Below are positions 60,224-64,000 of a DNA stretch of 64,000 nucleotides, piece by piece; position 1 is the first letter of the stretch, and each line of letters opens with the position of its first letter. The position numbers were made by a program, and so were the translations under genes. The notes under the pieces are model-generated. The model saw nothing but the letters and a program-made list of their open reading frames with translations, did not search any database and had not been told where the DNA came from. The DNA comes from Klebsormidium nitens (taxonomy: Eukaryota > Plantae > Klebsormidiophyceae): the NCBI GenBank assembly GCA_000708835.1, contig DF237003.1:108524-172523 (forward strand), written 5' to 3'.

Positions 60224-63200
60224 TCACGACGTTGTGCTACTCTGCTCCGCTCCACAACGTTGAGCTATTGCCGCTGCCATCTCTGCCTGAGGCGACACGT
60301 GGTGCTTCAGGAAACCTGCTTGTACGCCCCCGCTCTCGGCACCCTGCAACCGCGACATTGCATCGATCAAGCCTTTCCTATTACCAGCGTACTTTTCACC
60401 CACCGATTGGGATATTTGAAAATGCGTGTAGGCACACATAGGCGGGGACTGATGTTACGCCGAACCTCGCAAATAAATTACAATGCCCTTTTGGAGGTAT
60501 AGAGACCCGGTTGATCAACTTCATGTCGATATCACTTGTTTCACCAGTCCGCTCCAACTGGGAGATAACCGCTCGTCCAACGTAGAAGAAACACGCTTTT
60601 TGCAATGTATGTTTCTTCTGGCTTGCTTGCGAATTACACAGTCGTCTTTGAATCGAGAAGCGCATGACATCAGCAGAGGACCAAACTTGATTGTGAATCA
60701 AAATCGCCGCTTCTAGGAGCAGAAACACACTTCAAACTGCAGTGATTGAGAAGCGAAGCTACGCCTCTAGGGCAGAGCGGGCAGCGGACTGGCAAAGAGT
60801 AGAGCGTTCAGATTTGTCGAAAATTCGGATGGAAGAAATAGAGATACACGACAGCGACGGATCCAACAGCACCACAAATTGGGCCAAGCGCCGCGGTTTC
60901 TTACTTTTTTGCTCCGGGGCCCCGTCTTCGGTCGGCCTCGTCGCACGCCTGCAACAAAGGAAGGCAGATCTGAGTTCCATTTACCCTCTATATGCCAAGT
61001 CTAATCTGCTTCAAAGATTGCTGGGCCTCACGAAAGGATCATCTTCAACGAGGAGCCACGATCACTGACAAGGAGCTGTGAACAACACGATACGACCGCG
61101 AGGCAGACGTTTGGGCAACACAGAGGAGGGACGATTGAGAGCACCGCGCGATGCAGTGAGAAGCAGTAACGTTTACCTCATCGTACGACCGGTAATAGTT
61201 CCCCTTGCCGTCCATGAACGGGTAGTTATGATACTTGGTGCGTGAACCTGCATTGGGAAGATGAAGAAGAAGTAAGATGGATTCGAAGTGGCTCTAAGAT
61301 CCGAAGACTTACAATCAACTGCGCGTGAATCTCGGAGAGGATTGCGGGGAAGAGGACATATAAGGTGGTTTGCTGCAAATCAGCTCAGACGTCTTGGTAT
61401 AGAACCTACAGCTAATTATTAGGAGCGACTTACCTGGTGGACAATACTTGAAGCCGTAACCTTCCATGTCCTTGCGCCAACATTCCCGCTCCGTCTCGGT
61501 CAATTCTGGAGAAGAGACACATGACGGTAAGCACTCGTGAAGAGCAATTCGATGCACTCAGAAAGGACAGACTTCTTTCGGCTCCAGCAACGCAACTGAA
61601 GCCGTTCTGACGATGAACAAGCATCGAAGACATAGATACGACCAGCTCATATAAGCACCGTCTCAAAGCAGGACAGAGTAGCTCATGCGCGGTCAAAGTG
61701 CTTTCTTCTATGTGGCTCCTGCTTCACAGCCTTTCAACCACAAAGCGACAAGACCGCAACTCTACGTGACTTCTGCTAATAAGTGCAGACTACAAGCAGT
61801 CCTATTGAGAAAAGGGCACTCCATCATTGAGATCCACATTTGCATGTTTCGAGTAATTTACGTTCACTGATCCCTGTCCCCGCGTCAAGCCCTCAGATGC
61901 GCCAGAAAGGGGCGATGGCAACTGAACGAAGCAAGTGCAATTGCGTGCAAAGTGCTTGACATTAGCGAGTGTGGGGACGAAAATCGCCGTATAGAAAAGG
62001 AGTTCAATAACAGATCCTAAAAGGCCATTGCCCGGGGGACGGCTGGGACTGGCTTGGTGATTAGGATGGGTGCTGGTACGAAGCGATTCGTTATATCTGC
62101 TGAGCTTCTAGTCAGATCTGTTGTACCGGGTACTTCCTTTCAAGTAATAGATCCTCAAAAGCAGTAAAACTCACGGGATGCCTTTGTGACCAACATGTCG
62201 CTGCTGCGTATGCTTCCGATTGTGCGGACGGATTTGTCGCCAGAGTCGTCGCCAGTGTCCGATCCCTTCGGTTTCGTCGATTCCTTCGGTTTCGTCGGAT
62301 CCAGGCGGGGAGGAGTGCCGGCCCCACTCTCGAGCTGCCGGATGATGTCGTCAAGGTCCTGACGATCGGAAGGCCCTCGGAGGCTTAGAATTACGAGTGA
62401 ACCCTGAGGGTCGACCTCCAAACCGACAGATTCTGTCTACATTTCCCCAATTTGTTTTTCATACTAACATACGTTGTCGAACATTTTTTCTCCCTTATCT
62501 TTTTCTGATTGATTACATCGCAATGATGGAGGGCTTGCGGGACAAATTACAGAACGACCGCTCGTAGAGTGCACTCAAGCCGCCCTTCGATTTCAAATCC
62601 AGATACCTCTGCAATACGGAAGCTCTAACGTTGAGCAATGTGCAAATGACTTTTTCGGAAAGGCATGTTGCGGAAAGTGGACAACCGTCGGAGCACAACC
62701 GGCGACGTCAGATGTCCTCACCTCAAGCAAGTCCCACTCGTCCTCAGTCTCCGTCTCTGACGTCTCCCCTTCGTCCGCGCTGACGTCAGCAGCTGACGAA
62801 CCGGGCGCTGCCACTGCCGTCTCCCCTTCATCCGCGCTGACGTCGGCAGCTGACGTTTCAGGCCCTCCCAGTGACGTCTCCCCTTCGTCCGCGCTGACGT
62901 CGGCAGCTGACGTTTCGGACCCTCCCACTGACGTCTCCCCATCGTCCGCGCTGACGTCAGCAGCTGCTGTTTCGGGCCATGCCACCGCAGCCAGGTTGTT
63001 CCCCACCCCTTCTTCCAGGGGCGCACCGATTGCGCACCCCTCTCCCTCCTCCCTAGTTGCTCCCGTCTCAGAAGGGCCGTCTCCCTCTACGTCGCCAGCC
63101 GAGCTGCTAACGCTTTGCAGACTTTTGCGTCCAGCCTCGTTGTGTTTGGAAGAGCCGCCCTGCGCACCGCCTGCCGACACGCGTCTCCCGGAAAGGTTTG

Positions 63201-63595
63201 CGCCAGGCGGTGCGTATTGCTGGGGCGCAGTGTTACTGCCACCCGCTTGGTCCCCGGCTGAAGGCGAACCGTCCGTCAAGTATTCTTGACCGTCGGATCC
63301 ACCCCCTGCGCTGTCTCCGCCTGCGGACGAGTTGTCCGGCAGCAAGGGGTCCGGTGCTGACTCGGAATTGAGGAGCTCGCGAAGGGCATCCACGACTCCC
63401 AGCACCCGTAGGCAGAGCGGCCAGCCGATGGCTTGATCGGCTTCGCCCCGCTGAAGTAGAAGAGTCAACATCTCGTCGACGGCTTTCTCAAGAAAACTCA
63501 AGCGAGCGGCTTCTTCGTCTGGGTCCGCCCGTCGATCGAGCAGGATCCTGCCGAAGTCCCGGCTGTACCAGAGTGGCCCGTTGCCGAGACTGACC
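60224..63595 (-). CDS. Uncharacterised multi-exon protein, 5' part probably upstream or outside the window, with a 19-aa acidic repeat and an RGRP (AT-hook-like) motif
   Basis: Large exon ~62721-63595 (VSLGNGPLWYSRDFGRILL...DEWDLLE) with clear acceptor and donor. Further exon candidates at ~62520-62620, ~62170-62420, ~61436-61507 (ELTETERECWRKDMEGYGFKYCPP) and ~60900-60945 (GVRRGRPKTGPRSKK). The last exon and stop are uncertain. Confidence 0.6.
62761..62975 (-). repeat. Coding tandem repeat, 57-bp unit (19 aa, ~AADVSADEGETSxGGPETS), about 4 copies
   Basis: CGTCTCCCCTTCGTCCGCGCTGACGTC.GCAGCTG recurs every 57 bp. Confidence 0.9.
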
Positions 63596-63719
63596 TGCAG
63601 GGGAACCATCTTTAGCCCAGGGAGATGGGGTTGCTGCCAGGAAGGTCAATCAACGTCATGGTAACCCGACTTTCCAGCTTAGCTAGCTTTGCCTGAGCAA
63701 GGTTGCCACATAGCAGGCG

Positions 63720-63985
63720 ACCTGATGCCAGCCAGAAGAGCGGAAGGGAAGGTGCCACGCAATACCGGTAACTCTCGTGTGACCTAACGGGCGTATGACC
63801 TAAGATACGAGCTCACCGGGCACCTCAAACTAAAAACCTAACCCAGATAATCACCCGCTCCGCACCCCAACCCACCCTAACCACCATACCAACCCCACCC
63901 GTCCCCCGGGTGCCTTTCTTAAATCACACGGCTCTTAGCTCACACGACAGATATCGGAGTTGGCACGCATCGTGTGGCATCAGGT
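63720..63985. repeat. Hairpin family copy 3: C-rich core in long degenerate inverted arms
   Basis: Core 63830-63903 is ~80% identical by eye to the rc of 6551-6625. Inner arms 63775-63805 and 63917-63947 match at 24/31. Outer matches GTGCCA/TGGCAC and ACCTGATGCCA/TGGCATCAGGT. Confidence 0.8.
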
Positions 63986-64000
63986 AAATCAGAGAAAAAG

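Overview
Gene-dense, intron-rich eukaryotic nuclear DNA. The land-plant-like gene set and GC-rich exons suggest a streptophyte green alga such as Klebsormidium (inference). By manual splicing I reconstruct nine protein-coding loci on strictly alternating strands: TPR protein (-), NOC4 homolog with a long acidic tail (+), chloroplast S1-domain protein SRRP1 (-), ZDP/PNK 3'-phosphatase (+), ARC6 (-), NAR2/NRT3 (+), PAS2/PHS1 (-), membrane-anchored A1 aspartic protease (+), and a partial unknown gene (-). Most short ORFs in the supplied track are intron read-through or antisense noise. Two recurring non-coding patterns stand out. (1) A dispersed hairpin family with five recognisable copies: a conserved ~75-bp telomere-like, G-quadruplex-capable core flanked by inverted arms. 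The arm sequence differs between copies but is mirrored within each copy around a shared TAA(C/G)-N12/13-TAA(C/G) skeleton. (2) 'Splice-junction echoes': at least eight introns in three genes carry decayed tandem copies of their own exon-intron junction, up to ~7 per intron, with older-looking copies further from the exon. There are also two MITE-like elements with TIRs and candidate TSDs, several intronic tandem repeats and hairpins, GC-AG introns, one apparently non-canonical donor, and a 20-N assembly gap. No rRNA, tRNA or CRISPR array was recognised. Exon boundaries and homologies were read by eye and recalled from memory, without database searches.
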